Shown here in pieces: positions 33,331-35,113 of a DNA stretch of 35,113 nucleotides. Positions within the stretch are counted from its first letter, which is position 1; each line of letters starts with the position of its first letter. Below the pieces are notes generated by a model, which saw nothing but the letters and a program-made list of their open reading frames with translations, made no database searches and was not told the origin of the DNA. The position numbers and the translations under genes were made by a program. Where the stretch lies: the NCBI GenBank assembly GCA_000320545.1, contig ADNK01001968.1, forward strand, positions 1 to 35,113, given 5' to 3'. The stretch is from Bigelowiella natans CCMP2755. Its lineage: Eukaryota > Protista > Cercozoa.

Positions 33331-35113
33331 CATCGGTTATTTAGTCCTATTCATCGGATAAACACGCGAAAACATCGGTGCCGCCCCTCTCAAGAGTATT
33401 TGTTGTTGTTGTTGTTGTTGTTGTGAGTCTCCGGGTTGTCATCAACATATGGCACTCTCGCCGACAGAGATTCAGCAGCCCGCCGCCGCCACCAGCAGCA
33501 GCACTACTACTACTACTACTACTACTACTACCTGTGCGATTAGCGTCATCTCCATCGCCACATCCTTACACCACATCTCCATCTCAGTTTTTGTTTTCAA
33601 TTTATGTTGTGCAATGACGATTGGCCTTCGCCTCTGCTGCTGCTGCTGCTGCTGCACCGCCCCACCACCGGAAAAGGATGGTGGGGAGGACCCGCAGCTG
33701 CTGCTCGTGCTAGGCTCAGGGGCGGAGATCGTCTTTTTGCATTCGGGGCATCATCATCATCATCATCGTCGTCGTCGTTGTTGTTGTTGTTGTTGTTGTT
33801 ATTATTGCGAGTGAAAGGTCCCAAGGAAGTGTGCGGATTTATTCATTCACGGGTCGAATAACCAAATAAACAAATACCAAAAAAATAAAACCACCGCCAC
33901 CACCACCACCACCACCACCACCACCCCATTATTTTCATGTTCACGAAGACGACGACGAGGACCACGACGAACAACAGAATCACTGTAAATCAATCACACA
34001 CGCACAACTCCCCCCTCTTCCTTCCTAACACCAAACACCACCACCACCACTACTACTACTCCTACTACGATGACTCCTCCCATCATCATCCCCGTCAGCC
34101 ATTCACCATTGACTGCACGTCCTAATACCTTGACGTGCTGCTGCTGCGAGAGCAGATGGATGGAGAAATCGTCGTAGTCCTTCGCCTCGTCCCGAGGCAG
34201 AAACGTCGGGTACATGTAGTAGGGAACGCTTTCCTCGAGGTCCAGTGACTCCATTGCATTCTCCATAGCATCCAGCACCCTCTTGCTCTGATGACGATGA
34301 TGACGATGGTGATGATGATGATGGTGATGGGCGTCAATAGTGGTAAGATTCGTGATATATTCGCGATGGGTTCGGCGAGATTCGGTGTGCCTCTATCGTG
34401 CATTATTAGAGAGAATTGTTGTTTTGAATGGAACCCTTCTCCCACTACCCCCTGGATGATCGTCGAGGCAAGACTACTACGACCGGCATCGTGTTGGCCT
34501 TTCTCGCCAGCCCCGACGATGGGTCTCATTGATTGCGCAGATGGTGTATCATCATCATCATCATCATTGTTATATCATCGTCGTCATCACTCACCATCTT
34601 ATCGTGGAAGGCGGACTCCGCTGTGGTCAGCTTCGATATCTGCACAGAATTTATCAGCTAAGCATATAAAAAGCATAGGCCCTCCTCCTCCTCATCATCA
34701 TCATAGGCGCCATCAGCATGCAATCTCATCTCCCCCCCCTCCTTTCTTTCCTCTTCCACAACACACCTCCTTTGCATCCTCAAGCAGCTCCTGCACCAAG
34801 CTGCGATTCGAGCAGAAGTCCTCAGGGTACTCCTTTATCCACGCTTTCAGATGCTGTGTCAGGGAAGGAGGGAGGGGGAAGGGGGGGGGGGGGGGGGGGT
34901 TGGTTGGGGGTGGGGGCCATGTTGATGGGGGGGGGGGGGGGGGGCGCTTTTTTTTTTTTGCTTGGCTGGATAATTTGGTGCGGATATAGAAGCGGACCGC
35001 GGGGGGGGCGGCCTTCCACGAGAAGATGGGTGGTGATGACGACGATAAAATTCCCCTGATGATGGTGATGAGGGTCCCCCACCCGCGCGTGCGATAAAAA
35101 ACCTCGTAGGGGG
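32070..35113 (-). CDS. Ras guanine-nucleotide exchange factor (REM + CDC25 domain), 5' end outside the window
   Basis: HLKAWIKEYPEDF (REM-like, ~34820-34855); DVAMEMTLIAQ; VARWVGTTVL; NNFNSLFEIMVGLQQTPVARI; GNYKAYRAAL..PCVPYFGVLLRDMLCYEE; VNLKK; EDTLYNMSYKIKPRGT* with stop at 32072-32070. Confidence 0.92.

Overview
Eukaryotic nuclear DNA with many GT-AG introns and microsatellites. It is most consistent with a chlorarachniophyte-type alga (inference from bipartite signal+transit leaders on plastid enzymes and a green-lineage PDH E1-alpha C-terminus). In order, the window holds: an unidentified intron-rich + strand gene (~0.6-5 kb), a weakly supported - strand gene (~5.7-7.1 kb), DNA-3-methyladenine glycosylase I (Tag), a complete and apparently very recent Ty3/Gypsy-order LTR retrotransposon (10409-16124; identical 326-bp LTRs, 4-bp TSD, single 1657-aa gag-pol ORF), plastid PDH E1-alpha, a J-domain protein, plastid-targeted EPSP synthase, RPA3, a HINT hydrolase and the 3' part of a RasGEF. 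The main finding is in the retrotransposon. At the integrase C-terminus, where chromoviruses carry a chromodomain, it has a ~130-aa domain that by motif pattern resembles the Dam-like N6-adenine methyltransferase of DIRS elements and phages, with a degenerate catalytic motif. It also has a non-canonical DD(27)E integrase and a hairpin-rich LTR. Other notable points: EPSPS naturally has Ser at the glyphosate-resistance Pro101/106 site, and Tag lacks three of four zinc ligands. All calls come from manual reading; no searches were run.
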